Origin: Octopus vulgaris
Lineage: Eukaryota
Reading direction: 5' to 3'
Length of the DNA stretch: 64,000 bases
Assembly (NCBI GenBank): GCA_951406725.2
Contig: OX597820.1
Location: forward strand, 69,192,001 to 69,256,000
The notes under the pieces were generated by a model, which made no database searches, had not been told where the DNA came from, and saw only the letters and a list, made by a program, of their open reading frames with translations. Position numbers and translations under genes: made by a program. This document shows, in pieces, positions 29,270-43,266 of this stretch; position 1 is the first letter of the stretch; every line of letters begins with the position of its first letter.

Positions 29270-29590
29270 AGTTTGTGTTCTAAAATTACGTCCTTCTAAG
29301 TTCTTAGTTCAAATCTCGCCGAAGTGGACTTTGTCTAGTACTCATCCTCAGGGAACGATAAAAAGAAAAAAACCCCACCAAATCTGGGCTTGATGGTACC
29401 GGCTGATTCCTCCACTCGAAATTGTTGGCACTGTGCCCAAATCTCATCATCATCATGATCATTATTATTATTATTTATATTCTGAGTTGAAATCCCACCG
29501 AAAACAACTTTGCTTTTCATCCAGTCAGGGCCGATGTAAATGAGTAAACCCTCACCCAAAATTCCAGGCCCTGTGCTCATAGTAGAGAGG
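29270..29590 (+). mobile_element. Two adjacent decayed SINE family B fragments
   Basis: B-box variants TAGTTCAAATCTCGCCGAAGTGGACTTTG (~29306) and GAGTTGAAATCCCACCGAAAACAACTTTGCTTTTCATCC (~29484), followed by (TAT)n at 29594-29691. Confidence 0.7.
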
Positions 29591-29692
<102 letters not shown>

Positions 29693-30447
29693 GTTGTTGT
29701 TGTTGTTGTTTTTCAGCCAGGTAGCAATATATATTTCTATGTTTCAAAGAATGTATGGTTTGTATCAAATTTGTCAGATTTAAAGCAAGTATATGCAAAA
29801 TCATTATTTTATAATAAATAATCGTTTTGCTCTGTGCTGAGTTTAAATAGGGTCTTGACAATAAATAAGTAAATAAATAAATACCAGTTTTCTAGCAATG
29901 ATTTTTTACAAAAGTTATTGTCCTGTCATTCTAAGTGTATCCTATATCATGACAATGCATAATGCCTACATGCCATTACAAGTTGAATTCAGTAAGTGAA
30001 ATAAATCAATGTAACTTCTTAGCTTTTTAACTCCAGTTATGGTGTCTAATGACAGCCAATTGGCCTGGAGCCAGCAAGAATTAAGGTATTTTGACCAATG
30101 AGAAAAAGTAGCCTGAAATGAATGTCACGAAGATATGAAGCTAGACTGACGTCTTTTGAATAGATTTCTCTTCTGATTCTCGATTGCATCTGTTATAAAG
30201 AAAGTGAGATATTGAGATAGATAGATAGATAAGTTTCTTTATTGGCCACACAGGGCTGCACACAGATGGGACAAGTTACAAGGTAGAGCTTTTCTTTTGG
30301 GGGATGAGAAAAAAACAAAAAACAAAAGAAACAAAAAAAAGGGGGTGGCGTAGGTTTTCGATCGTAAAAGGGAAGAAAAGAACAAAAAAAAATAAAATAA
30401 AAAATAAAAAATTTTTTTAAAAAGATTGAAGAAAAGGAAAAGGAACA

Positions 30448-30520
<73 letters not shown>

Positions 30521-30639
30521 GAGGGGCAGGCAGGCAGACAGATAGATAGAACTGGTAAGAATGATAAACAGATATACGTTAACAGATCTATGCATATGTT
30601 AACCAAACCAGATCTGGGTGTTTCAACATTCGGCAGAGT

Positions 30640-31215
30640 CCTCAACATTCTTATAACGTATTTTACAGAACATTTTGAACAGCACACTCATACCTAAGTT
30701 ACCTGACCCAGCATCCCACCCTGCTTCTACGGTACTTACTTTAATCATCTCTCCCGACCCTATCACGTTACATTCAAATGAACGAAAGACGGAGTTATGC
30801 TTGCAAGATTTAAATACAGAATTCTATGAATCAGCTCAGTCATATCGGAGGCATTTAATCCAGTATTCTACCGTTTCAAGCAATTTCGTTATTTTCTACA
30901 GGACTTATTTTATCCAGCCCCCATCTCACCCTATCATATCGCATCCAGAGGTATGAAAGGTGTAGTTACTGTTGCAAAACCTAAATAAAGGATACTGAAA
31001 AAGCACACTCCTATCTGACGCATTTAATTCAACATTCAAACATGGCAAGCGATATCTACGGTACTTATTTTAACCACGCTACCCTACCTTATCACATGGC
31101 ATCAAAAGGAATAGAAAACGGAGTTTTTCTTGCAAGGTTTGAATCCAGAATGCCCTGAACCAGCACACTTCTACCCGTGGCATTTAAACTGAAATTCTAC
31201 TATTCTGCTATTCCA
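30640..31215. repeat. Degenerate tandem repeat, ~160-170-bp unit x ~3.3, probably SINE-B derived
   Basis: CTAC(G/A)G.ACTTA.TTTA occurs at ~30727, ~30896 and ~31056. Each is followed by CC.TATCA, TTGCAA and GCATTTAA motifs in the same order. Confidence 0.7.
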
Positions 31216-31832
31216 CCCGATCTCTTATTCGATAAAGTAAACGAGGAAGAACATGCAAATGGAAGGCAGAAGTAGCTTATGTATTATTAAGCCGTTTTCT
31301 ATCTTTCTTTCTTTTCTTTTTTTTTGGGAGGTTTCTTTTTTGTTACTCTAAAAGTATTTCTTTTGCGCTCGATGTGTTTTTTTTTTTTTTTCTGGAGGAA
31401 AGAAAGTCTTGCCGAAAAATGTTTATTTCATCAGTTCCGAAAGACAAAACAAGAAGGGAAGAAAAGAAAGAAAAAAATAAGAGGAAAGGAAGAAAAAGAA
31501 TGGAAGAAAGAGTTGAAGGAACACAGAAAGAAACCAACAGTTCTTGCAATGTTTAATCAGTCCTCGCCTTTTGTTCTTCTTCTTTCTGAGTTAATTAAAA
31601 AAGCAGATTTTATCTGGAAACGGAGACACTCTAAAATGTGTCAATACTAATTCACTTTCAACGTTCATTGGCTAATTGGGTAAAACGTGATCAAATGCGT
31701 TGTGTATGTCTGTCGGTCTGTCGGTTGTGCGTTAGTGTTAATATTACAGGGAGGGAGAGAGAGAGAAAGTGTATATATGTGTGTGTGTGTATTTGCATCC
31801 TAGCATATTAGTATTAGAGAGGGAGATAGCTC

Positions 31833-31863
<31 letters not shown>

Positions 31864-31865
31864 GG

Positions 31866-31926
<61 letters not shown>

Positions 31927-32086
31927 ATACTGTGCGTGAGAGAAATTTACTGTATGCGTCTGTATGTATATGCTTGTCTCTATGTTAATGTTAGTGTGTG
32001 TGAAAATTTGTGTGCGTTTGTGTATGAGTGCAAGGCGTATGCGTGTGTTTGTCAGACTCTGTAAGTAGAGCTGTGCAGAATCTGCA

Positions 32087-32215
<129 letters not shown>

Positions 32216-32355
32216 GATTAAGTGCCAGAGGGGAGAAGGAGAGGAGAAAGAGAGGAGAGAGTGAGAGAGAGTGAAAGAGTTTGTGTGTGTATGTGTGTGT
32301 TAATGCGTGTTCGTGAGTGAGTGTTTGTTGGTATGTGTTTATGTGACAACGTGCA

Positions 32356-32748
32356 TTCTTTTAATCTTTTACCTGATTCAGTCATTTGACTGCGGCCATG
32401 CTGGAGCACCGCCTTTAGTCGAGCAAATCGACCCCAGGACTTACTCTTTGTACTTATTCTATCAGTATCTTTTGCCGAACGGCTTAGTTGCGGGGACGTA
32501 AACAAACCAACACCGGTTGTCAGGCGATTTAAGGGGACAAACACACACACATATACACACACACACAAACACACACGCATACGTACACACACACACACAC
32601 ATATATATATACGACGGGCTTCTTTCAATTTCCGTCTACCAAATCCCGAGGCTATAGTAGAAGACACATGCCCAAGGTACCACGCAGTGAGACTGAACCC
32701 GGAACCATGTGGTTGGGAAGCAAGCGTCTTACCACACAGCCACGCCTG
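32356..32748 (-). mobile_element. tRNA-derived SINE family A with short internal deletion
   Basis: Reverse complement of the family A consensus; the segment between AAATCC and CGAGGC (~32646) is missing. Confidence 0.92.
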
Positions 32749-32982
32749 GGCATGAGTGTATGTTTATATATATACGGTGTTAGTGTGTTTGAGTGTATTG
32801 ATGCTTGCATATGGGCGTGCGTGTGAGTTTTCTTGAGTTCTGCGACCTTTTCTCTTTGTGTGTACGTGAGAATGTATGTGCATGAGTGTGCACTTGATCT
32901 GTATAAGTATGCCTTCGTGTACGGGTGAATTTGCGCTCATATATATACATATGTAGATATGCATATTTTGTAGGTCTATGCG

Positions 32983-33401
32983 CAGTGACGGATTAAGACC
33001 CATTGAGGCCCTAAGTACTTAAATGTCTTTGGTGCCCCCATAAAGGATTATGTAATTGAAAATATAAACAATAACAAACCATAATTTTTTATTTTCCAAA
33101 ACGAAACAAAACAGTGCCAGGGAAAATAATGTTTATTTTTGTAAACTTCCACTTTATTTATATTTGAAGTTTCCTCCTACTTTTTTGAATTGCAAAGTCT
33201 TTGATCAAATCCTCAAAATTAATCTTAGGTAACACATCTGCATCTATACTTAGTAGAGATAAAGGCATTCTGAATATTATTTTAGCAAGCTTAAAGTGAT
33301 TTCTTTTGTGCCGTAAACCATTTACCATTTCTGTGGTACCCCCGCCTTCCTTTGATGCCCTAAGCACGTGCTTATTTTCGTTAATGGTTAATAGTGCGCT
33401 G
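32983..33401 (-). mobile_element. Non-autonomous (internally deleted) hAT DNA transposon, 419 bp
   Basis: Perfect 8-bp TSD TCTATGCG at 32975-32982 and 33402-33409. Ends are CAGTGACGGATTAA and the reverse complement CAGCGCACTATTAA. It carries a transposase C-terminal remnant. Confidence 0.92.
33158..33268 (-). pseudogene. hAT transposase C-terminal (dimerisation domain) remnant
   Basis: PLSLLSIDADVLPKINFEDLIKDFAIQKSRRKLQI* resembles the end of the hAT dimerisation domain in ZMYM1/THAP12/Tip100-like transposases, and lies inside the TSD-bounded element. Confidence 0.8.
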
Positions 33402-34454
33402 TCTATGCGTACCTGTATCATGATATGTTTTGTGTTTGCATGTTGCTCTGTGTGAGAGAGTATGTAGGTGAGTGTATTGTGTATGCGTGGGAGAGAAAGA
33501 TGAAAAGATTGATAGATATAAACAGAAATTAGAAGAAAGAAAAGGTTAAAGAAAGAGACAATCATAGAGATAGAGGTATACTGAGTGGTAGAGAGAGGTA
33601 CGGAGATATAGGAAACCTAAATGTAGAGAGATGGAGATAGGGAGGGAGACAGTGAGGAGGTGGATATGTGTGTGCGGAGAGAGAGAGAGCCGGATGTGTG
33701 TATGTGTGGAGAGAAAGAGAGAGAGAGAGACGGTTGTGTGTGTGTGTGGAGAGAGAGAGAGTGAAAGAAAGAGAATGGGATAGAGAGAAACGGATGTGTG
33801 TATGTGTGAAGAGACAAGAACACGGATGTGTGTGGGTGTGTGCTTGAAGAGGGAAATAGAATAAAATGTAAAAACAAAAAAGACAACATTACAATATAAA
33901 TGAAAATTACTGTAAATGAAGAGAAAAACCGCCGAGAAAAGGAATGAAAAAGAAAGGAGTAAACAAAGAAAAACAAAGAAATAAAGTAAGAAACATGTAA
34001 TTAGATGCGTACCCCTACAAATAACAACCGAAATATCCCCTTCAATTAAATATGACATAATACCACCCCTTTAAAAGATATCTCCACCACAGGATGGGAC
34101 TGCATACAACGATGATGTTATTCAACTCATTAATAAATCACTAGAATTAATTGGAACTCTTTCATTGCCAGATTAATGTTCCCACTCTGGGACGAAGAAT
34201 GTTGTTATTCCCTTCTGCATAATTCATTGATGGAGTCGATAAAGAAACAAAAATAAAATTGCTTCTAAATATACTGAGTTCAGTGGAACCGGCTGTTGTA
34301 GGAGATACTTACCTAAGGTGCGGTGAACTGAGAACGAACTTGTAATCGCATAGTTGAGAAGCGAGCTTCTTAACCAGTGACAAATATCTGAGCAAGTTAT
34401 TATACATGCATTGGCACAAATGTGTGTATGTATGTGCGCGCGTGTGTGAAATTT

Positions 34455-34915
34455 CCCCCCGAAGACTTGCGCAAATGACTTGTTTACCGTGATCAAGTGT
34501 ATGTGCTGTCCGTTAGCTCACACGCTCCATCAACGCGATATTACCTGACGCAGCACACTAGTGTGCCACACGTCAGATGTCGAAATGAACACAACGCACC
34601 ACTGGGTTTTGGAATCGAACCCACGATATACCTATTTCTTTACTACCCACAAGGGGCTAAACATAGAGAGGACAAACAAGGACAGACAAAGGGATTAAGT
34701 CGATTACATTAACCCCAGTGCGTAACCTGTACTTAATTTATCGACCCCGAAAGGATGAAAGGTAAAGTCGACCTCGGCGGAATTTGAACTCAGAACGTAA
34801 CGGCAGACGAAATACGGTTACGCATTTCGCCCGGCGTGCTAACGATTCTGCCAGCTCACCGCCTTCACGAACCCACGATATACCAATCGTGCAACACCCT
34901 AACCATTAGGCCACA
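34455..34915 (-). mobile_element. Older tRNA-derived SINE interrupted at its B box by a family B SINE
   Basis: GGAATCGAACCCACGAT (reverse complement of the B box) is split by the insertion. The head remnant CTAACCATTAGGCCAC lies at ~34899-34914. Confidence 0.7.
34633..34867 (-). mobile_element. tRNA-derived SINE family B, full length and young, with 17-bp TSD
   Basis: TSD CGAACCCACGATATACC at 34616-34632 and 34868-34884. Head GGCGGTGAGCTGGCAGAATCGTTAGC and B box GAGTTCAAATTCC. Confidence 0.95.
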
Positions 34916-35803
34916 CTACACACACATACATACGTGATTGTCAGTAGGCTTTAAATATGAAAGCCTACATGTCTACCTTTTATATACTAAATTATCCAAT
35001 GTAGTCAATATCTAGCTGTAAGTTTGGGCGTGGCATGAGTGAAAAGTGGTTGCTGGTTCGAAAACTTCGAGTGACCGCACGCACAGCTCTCCCATTTGTT
35101 CACAATTCGTAATGAATGCCATAAAGCTCTTGAGAAAGAAATGAATGTGACAGCAAACCGTCTATAGATCCCCAAACTGAAGAGTAATACTTCCTGCAAT
35201 GATGTAAAAAGCAAGAGCTTTAAAAATTACTTGTCGCCCCATTTTTCTTCTCAGCACAGCATACTTACAAAACATTTACGCCATTGTTGCTCTTGAGAAA
35301 CGAATGAATATCACACAGTCTTATTATTCTTTCACAATAAGAAATATGTTGCATTATAATCCAAATAAGGGAACGAGATCTCTGCTTTTCACAGAAAAAT
35401 ATTTCACAAGCAAACCATATTATTTCTTCTCTTTAGAATTGTCAAGATTGACAAAATGAGAAGCAGATCAGTGCTGTGGAATATAATATCGTTTTTGAAT
35501 TCATTATTAAGCGATTAATTAGCCGTATGTTTATGTGCCTCGAAAAATATCACATTCAGTTTAAAGGCGTTAGGTTAGCACCCGCCTTCAGGCCTGTAAG
35601 GCTTTCGGGGGAGCGTTACATGAAGTGTATTAAATGCAGAGGCTGTGAAAATTGTCGACTATAATTTGTACAAAACTATAGTCAATTAGACCTACTTAAG
35701 AACCGTATGACGATTCAATAACATGCTATACTAAATGAGCGTCTTGAAGAATAAAAAAGACAAAAAAGAAAGGGGGAAAATAAGGCAAAGAATTCGCCAT
35801 AGA

Positions 35804-36013
35804 CCAATGCAGAGAAGGAAATAGCAGTAATTTAAAATTATTCGCGCGGCGTTATTATGAGAAATCAGTTGCGTCTTGGAGCATATCTTCAAGAAACACC
35901 TGCCGGTCATCTTCACAGGATCTCAGTGCTAGAGACAACCACTTCTGCGTTTATTTTACTGTGCAAGACTATCGGAGAACTGGCCATAGAAAAGTCACTA
36001 ACTTTAAGACTCT
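35804..36013 (+). promoter_or_regulatory. Candidate core promoter and non-coding first exon
   Basis: CCAAT at 35804, TATA-like TTTAAAA at 35831, a CpG run TTCGCGCGGCG, and initiator-like TCAGTT at 35865-35870 (about 30 nt after the TATA-like site). An ATG-free stretch then runs to donor T|GTGAGT at 36013/36014. Confidence 0.4.
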
Positions 36014-36069
36014 GTGAGTGTGCTTATATATATATGTATGTATATTGTATGTGTGTGTATGTGTGTGTA

Positions 36070-36122
36070 AAGAGACCAAAACGAGAGGGCGAAGAGATCG
36101 GACACTCTTCTGTTCAATGGTG

Positions 36123-36154
<32 letters not shown>

Positions 36155-36305
36155 ATGTATGCATGAATGTATGTGTGTGTATTTAAGTTTGCATTACGCG
36201 CGCTTTTCTGTATTTCTGTGCATCAGCGTGCACGTGTAATATTCTGTATGCGTGCCTGTGAGTATATTTCTTTTTGGGAAATAGTGAGAATCTGCACCAC
36301 ACATA

Positions 36306-36344
<39 letters not shown>

Positions 36345-36691
36345 GTGCCCTTTGTGCATATGTGCGCGAGCGGGTGCGCATTTACATTTGCAGACGCATG
36401 TGTATTGGCGGAGAAAATACAAAACTCCCTTTCACTTATAACCACTGACGAGTGCAGTTTTCGAGGTTACATACGTGCATATGTGTGTATATATGTATTT
36501 CTATACATAAAAATGTATACACGAGACGAGATGTATGTGTTATTAACATGCTCATTGCGCAACCATATGGCCACAGGGTTGATTTCACTGCGTGGCACCT
36601 TGGGCAAGTGTCTTTTGCTGTAGACTTTGGTCGACGGATACTGAACAGAAGACTGTCCGATCTCTCGTATTCCCTCTCGTTTTTGTCTCTT
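36070..36691. repeat. Inverted repeat, ~47-50-bp arms (36070-36116 and 36642-36691)
   Basis: Arm 1 AAGAGACCAAAACGAGAGGGCGAAGAGATCGGACACTCTTCTGTTCA versus reverse complement of arm 2 AAGAGACAAAAACGAGAGGGAATACGAGAGATCGGACAGTCTTCTGTTCA. Confidence 0.9.
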
Positions 36692-36713
36692 CATACATAC
36701 ATACATACATACA

Positions 36714-36785
<72 letters not shown>

Positions 36786-36983
36786 GAGAGAGAGAGAGAG
36801 ATGGTGGAATATTTTAATTAGTGCTATACATAAAAATCTCAGCCCTTGAGTCACTTTTGTAACTATTCTCATATATATATATGCATAAATACACACACAC
36901 ATACACACACACAAACACACACACACACTCACACGTGTGTTGCCTGAGGTAAGCGACTGTAATATCCGAGCCCTTCTCACTAC

Positions 36984-37097
<114 letters not shown>

Positions 37098-38580
37098 CAT
37101 ACATACATACATACATACATACATACATACATACATACATACATACATACATACATACATACATACATACATACATAGCCCTGTTTGCATGTGTGTTGGT
37201 ATGTAAATGCGTAGCGGAATAAAAATTGAGAAGTGAATATTATTTCTGTCTATTTACCCATCTACGTATTTAATAGGTCTTCATTTTGACAGTCATAATC
37301 AATTTATATAATGTATCAATCAAATCGATACTCCTGTATGAAAACTAGAAACACATTTTACGTTCTTCCATTTCGATAATTTTACGTTCCTTTTCCTTCA
37401 TATATATACATACATATATATATATATATATTATAGTGGTTTTGTATTTTTATACATGTATTTTATCTGTTATTGCTGTGATTATTTTCGTTATTGATAA
37501 TCAATTATCTGATTTATTTATATAGCAGAAAGGGAGAAAAACTAGAGAAATAGATTTAAAGAGAAGGTGAGAGAATATGTATTATATATGAGGATAGATC
37601 ATAAAGTTTGTGCGCGGATATTTACGGAGAAAGGGTGGTAGAAAGAGTGGGAACGAGTGGTGGGGGGAGAAAGAAAATGCGTAGAAATAAGACGGATATG
37701 TGCATCGGTGTATATATGTGGAATTACTTGAGCGGGTGAATACGTGAGGAAGTTTCTCCCCACCTCTCTCTCTCTCTCTTTCAATCATTTTCGTTCTGTG
37801 TGTGTGATGATGTATCTTGTTAAAGATCCATTAGCAGAGAAAAATAAAATGTTCCTGAACATTGGAAATACACGCATTGCACTCCCCCCCACACACACAC
37901 ACATAAAGAGTTAAGTAACGGTTACTCGAAGTAATCAATAGCGTGATTGTGGCCGTAGAAAGTTTAATGAATCTCTCTTTTATATTCGTGAGTTATCAAA
38001 TACCAGACGGGAAATATTAGCGACTATCAAGGACAAGGGGAGATAATTTGAAATGAGGCATCTTTCAAGGGAATATAGATGCTCGGGCAGAGAACAGTCA
38101 AAATTTTGCTCCCTTATCAGGGACGAAAGGGACATACGTTTCACTCACTTTGACCAAACCAGCAACTTGCAGGTTAACCTTGCCTGTGGACGGGTTATTT
38201 AAACTTTTACAATTAGTAAACGAAGTAGATTTATTTTAACGAATGGTAATACTCCGAGTAAATAAGAATGAGAATTGCTTAGTGAAATAACTTAAGAAGT
38301 CAATTAATACCAGAATTTGTTTTTTATTACGTGAAATTATCTACTTTATTTCTTGAGATTGGCTTAAGTTACCGTTAGGCTTTTGTTCATATTCTCTAGC
38401 TGAGGAGGGAACTTAAATTAACTAAGTATTTATGGTGTACAACTTTCTGTACTTACCCCTTTAGAACGATACACACATTATATATATATGATCAAAATAA
38501 ACACCTTATTTTGAAATTGTATGGATAATACCGTACTAAATTCTGGTGCCTCAACTTAAGTACCATATTCATCTGAATCT

Positions 38581-38624
<44 letters not shown>

Positions 38625-41020
38625 TGTAGGCATGCATGTGTGTATATATTTATACATGCATATATGTATTTATGCATATGATATATTATGATGTATGGTC
38701 TGTTTTTTTGGTGTTGTGTGTGTAGAGAAGAGAATGCTGGTTGTACTATGTAGATGATCTCTAAGAAAATGAGATCCAATAGATTTTTAGAATAAACTTT
38801 GTCCATACGCCGGTTCAAACCATTGTCTAGAGACTAGACTTATAATTTCATTTTCAGACACTATATGCCATCATGCATACATACATGCATACATACATAC
38901 ATACAAACATACATACATACATACATACATACATACATACATACATACATACATACATACATACATACATACGTACATACAAATACATATATGCATATAT
39001 ATGCTATTATTAGATACATACGTATGTGTGCCCGTGTGTTTTTGCATTTGAATATTATGTGCGCACGTTCGTGTGCAAATGTGTCTGCGTGTGTGTGTTT
39101 AAAATGGATTGCTGCCTGGCTGAAGACAGTGGGGCGCAGGGCAGAAAATCATAACAAAACAACTGGAGTTAGAGATGGCTCGCTGGCTCTGTATGACGTT
39201 GGTTGGTTGGTTGGTTGGCTGTCTGACTGGCCGGCTGGTTGGTTAGTTGGTTGGTTGGTTGGTCGGTTGTGGTTGGTTGGTTGGTTGGTTAGTTGGTTGG
39301 TTATGGATTGATGGTTGACCCACAGAAACAACACATTGGACTTTCCATGGATGAATAAAAGAATTAATGGTTGAATGGAGATTGTCGTTCGGCGTGGATA
39401 GTTGAAGGTAAAGATGGTTTAGTTTAGCCTTAGCTCTGGCTTACTGCGTTAATGGCTTCGTGGTTTTGGTGGTTTGATTGGTTGGCTGTGTTATTTTGAC
39501 AGACAAATAGATGCTAGGATACGATGTGTGTATGGATAGATGGAGTCCGTGTTAGTTGGATGAATGGCTGGATATTTGGATGGATAGCAGTATGCAAGCA
39601 TATATGTATGGACAGATCTATATTTGTGTGTGTGTGTGTGCGTGTATGCATACATAAATAACATATATACATACATGTGTGTTTGTGTGTGCATATATAT
39701 AGGTATATATATGTATTCATTTAGATATGCATTTATGTACATATGTTTCGTGTATGTATGTAGGAATCATGTATATGTGTGTGTATGCATGTATTTATGT
39801 ATGTATGTATGTATGTATGTATGTATGTATGTATGTATGTATGTATGTATGTATGTATGTATGTATAGATGGACAGACAAATAGCAAGATGAAAGGATGG
39901 ATGGATGCTGACTGACAGATGGATAAATGTGGATAGACGTAATTGTAGATGAAATAAATGGCCACAAAGTTTGCAAACATTGTGGGCTGCATTTTTTTTC
40001 GTATTTTTTACCCTTTTTTGTTATTGTTTTTAATTAGTAAACTAAACTCAACGTTACTGCTAATGTGTGTGTGTGGTGTAAAGAAATGACAATGGCGAAA
40101 AAAATAAATACAAGTAAAAAAAAAATGAAGGACAGAGTAGGAGAAAGAGACAGCAGAGAAGGGTGGGGATAAATAGCATAGTGTGTGTGTGTGTGTTTGT
40201 GTGTGTGCGAGAGAGAGATAATAAGTTAACGAGGGAGATAACAAGGCAATCAGTCTATCCATCTTAAAAGTTGTTTAAAATAGGAAGGTGCTGAAATGTG
40301 TGTATGGGGGTCTTGAGAGGCCAAAATGGAGTCGAATGGAATAAAGAAAAAGGAGATGGAGGAGGAAGGAGGTACAAAAGCCTGATAGGGTCCAATGGTG
40401 TGGAAAGCAGAGAAAAGAATCGTCGTCAGGTTTTTAGAAGAATAAGAAAAGAACTGAAGGTGTGAGTAAGGAAAGGAGAGAGAAGTGGAGGAGAGATAGA
40501 AGAGAAGAGAAGAAAAGAGAAGGGGGGAGGTAAAAGAGAAAGAGAGGAGTGGGGAGAAAAGGAGAGTGAGAGGGCAGGGGATAGAGAAGGAGAAAGTAAC
40601 ACGAGGAGGGGGAGATAGATAGGGGATGGAAGACCGGAGAGAAGTGCCATTGTGTCAAGAAAGCAAATGCGATTTAACAATAACCATATCTACAACACCA
40701 CCACCACCAACAACAACATCAGCAACAATAATTACTACTACTACTACTACTACTACTACTAGCCAATCAGGGAGCTTCTAACGGTGGTCGCCAATGGACC
40801 AGCTAGAATATCAGTAAAATGAAATGTCCCTGAAAATACCCACAATACTTCATCAAGTACATTTGTATAATATAACCTTAGATAGACATTGCCTATCTCG
40901 GGCTTATATTATGTATACATATGTCCGTCTTATTATCTCAAGCAAACGTAACGGTGCTAGTCGTAGTTCGATCAGAACCAGCTCGGTGTGTAAAAAAATA
41001 TAAACAAATAAAGATATGAG

Positions 41021-41064
<44 letters not shown>

Positions 41065-43211
41065 GTACACGTCGTGTGTATTTTTTAATCTAACTCAAAC
41101 CCTGTCCCTCCCACCGCAAAACGTCCTGTTTCGTTCTCTTTTGTGTACCAGCGAAGGTTTTTCGCTGTGTTGTTTTAGCCACAGGTCAAACTCTGTTCAT
41201 GTAGAGCTATCTATGATCGAATTTTCTCTCAACCTTTACCATTCCTCACGTCTGTTGTACTCGTTTCTCATCTTTCTTTCTACACTTCCATTATCTAATG
41301 TATTGTCTCAATATTCAAGACACTACTGAGTTTCATTGCTTTCTATTTCACATCGGATGACCACACGGAAGCTGGTTTGTTATTGTTTAACTCCCAACCA
41401 CTCGTTACGGCTCAACGTTGATTCAACAGACCTGTAATAATCAAAAATATTGTTGTGGCCAACGAAATTTTAAAATCAGGTTACATCTCCAAAAGGCTCA
41501 TGGGAAATATCTGGTTTCTCCATTTGGCGATTATTGGTAGATATTTGTTATCATGAAAGATATATAAATTGGTATTATTGCAGCGTCTTATACAGCTATA
41601 TTAATAATATCTGGATGTCAGTGGCGATGAGGCGAACGAGAAGAGCGAACATAGAAGCTTTTATGCACCCCCTCTATCTGCTAGACACAACAGCTAAATC
41701 ACATTCTCCTCTACGTTATCATGATGGAATTGACGTATTAGAAAATGTATGCAAATAGTATATACAATCACCCTCTCGGGAATGCCTAAAGGAAATATTA
41801 AATGAAGGTAATTCAAATAAAATCAGGCGCCCAAAATTTTTGCATAATCGTGATGATAAGTTAGGGATGCATCTCGTCTTTAAACGTAACTAGTGAAAGC
41901 AGAGGGCATAGACGTTCATTAGTTCTGCTCAGTGAAGCTAGTACATACTAATGTGTTTATCACAGATGTAGAAAATGCGGAGTGATGCGGATTATGGATA
42001 TCAAAAATATGACAGAAGCAAATTAACTCGAGGAAGTTTCTAAATACTAAATGCCATGGCAGGGCCACACATATTTGTAGTATTGGAAATTGAAAAAGTA
42101 AAAAAGAAAATATTCCATTTAACGGAGGTCATTCACGCAATTCAGTAAATTAAAAACTATGTGTAAAGATCAACCAATCAGAAACTAGTTATTTCTGATT
42201 TTATGCATTTTATAAAATAGAGGGCGTGATTTGATGAAGCGGTTACATTTAGAATAATAAATAACTTGGTAGAGGGTCCTTCGTCAAGAACAAATTAATA
42301 TGAAGTTCTGTTGGACACGTAATAGTGGTAAATAATATTAATGTATGGGTTATTCTGTAATCAATCGGTGTTACTCGCGGTTTGATCCTCTTACGTTTGG
42401 CTCGCTATCGTTTAAAAGAAAGAACACATGGACGCCCTAAATGTATAAGCTTCGTTAGAACTTCGATGAGTCTGTGATAATCTTGAATGGGTCCCAGCAA
42501 ATCACTTTTGATATACTTGTGCGCGGCCGCTAAACGCACATTTATCTACTTGTATAGATGTATAGATGGGTACATATATGTAAAAGTTCAATTTTAGTTA
42601 TACATTCAACGGGTAAGAGGAAATTCTAACAGAAGGCCATCTTAAATAAATATTTACACTCTACTAAATACACTGCGTAGTTATTTCTCTCTCCCTCTCT
42701 CTCTCTCTTTCTCTCTCTCTCACACACACAGGTAAAAGAAAGAAACAGAATTCAGGAACGTTACATAAGCTATATAGTTAGGAGAGAAGTTTGCGACGTT
42801 TCGGAGAAAATCTTTCTTCCCCCTTAAATTATGTGAGCTTAGATAAAATGGCGAATATCAGGGAATGACAGTAAGTTAGTAGCTGCGTTTGACTGAGAAC
42901 GAAGTGGCTAGAGAAAGAATAGTATTGGTAATGAAAGAAATTAAAAGAGAGGTAAGAGAATTTGGGTGAGAATGATGCGCAGAAAAAGTGATAAGGGAGG
43001 GATAAGACTAGAACGATAACGGAAGGGATGAGCATTGATATGACTTGGTTTATGACCAGCAAACTTGAAAGCCCAGGATTAGTAGTGGAAAATAAGATGT
43101 ATGTTCTGAGGTTGGAGATGATGCGTAGCTCTTTGATTTCTGGGATCTAAAACACCGTGTTGGGTAGACTTGAGAAACAAGAATGCATAAACGATATATC
43201 TGTGTATATAT

Positions 43212-43266
<55 letters not shown>

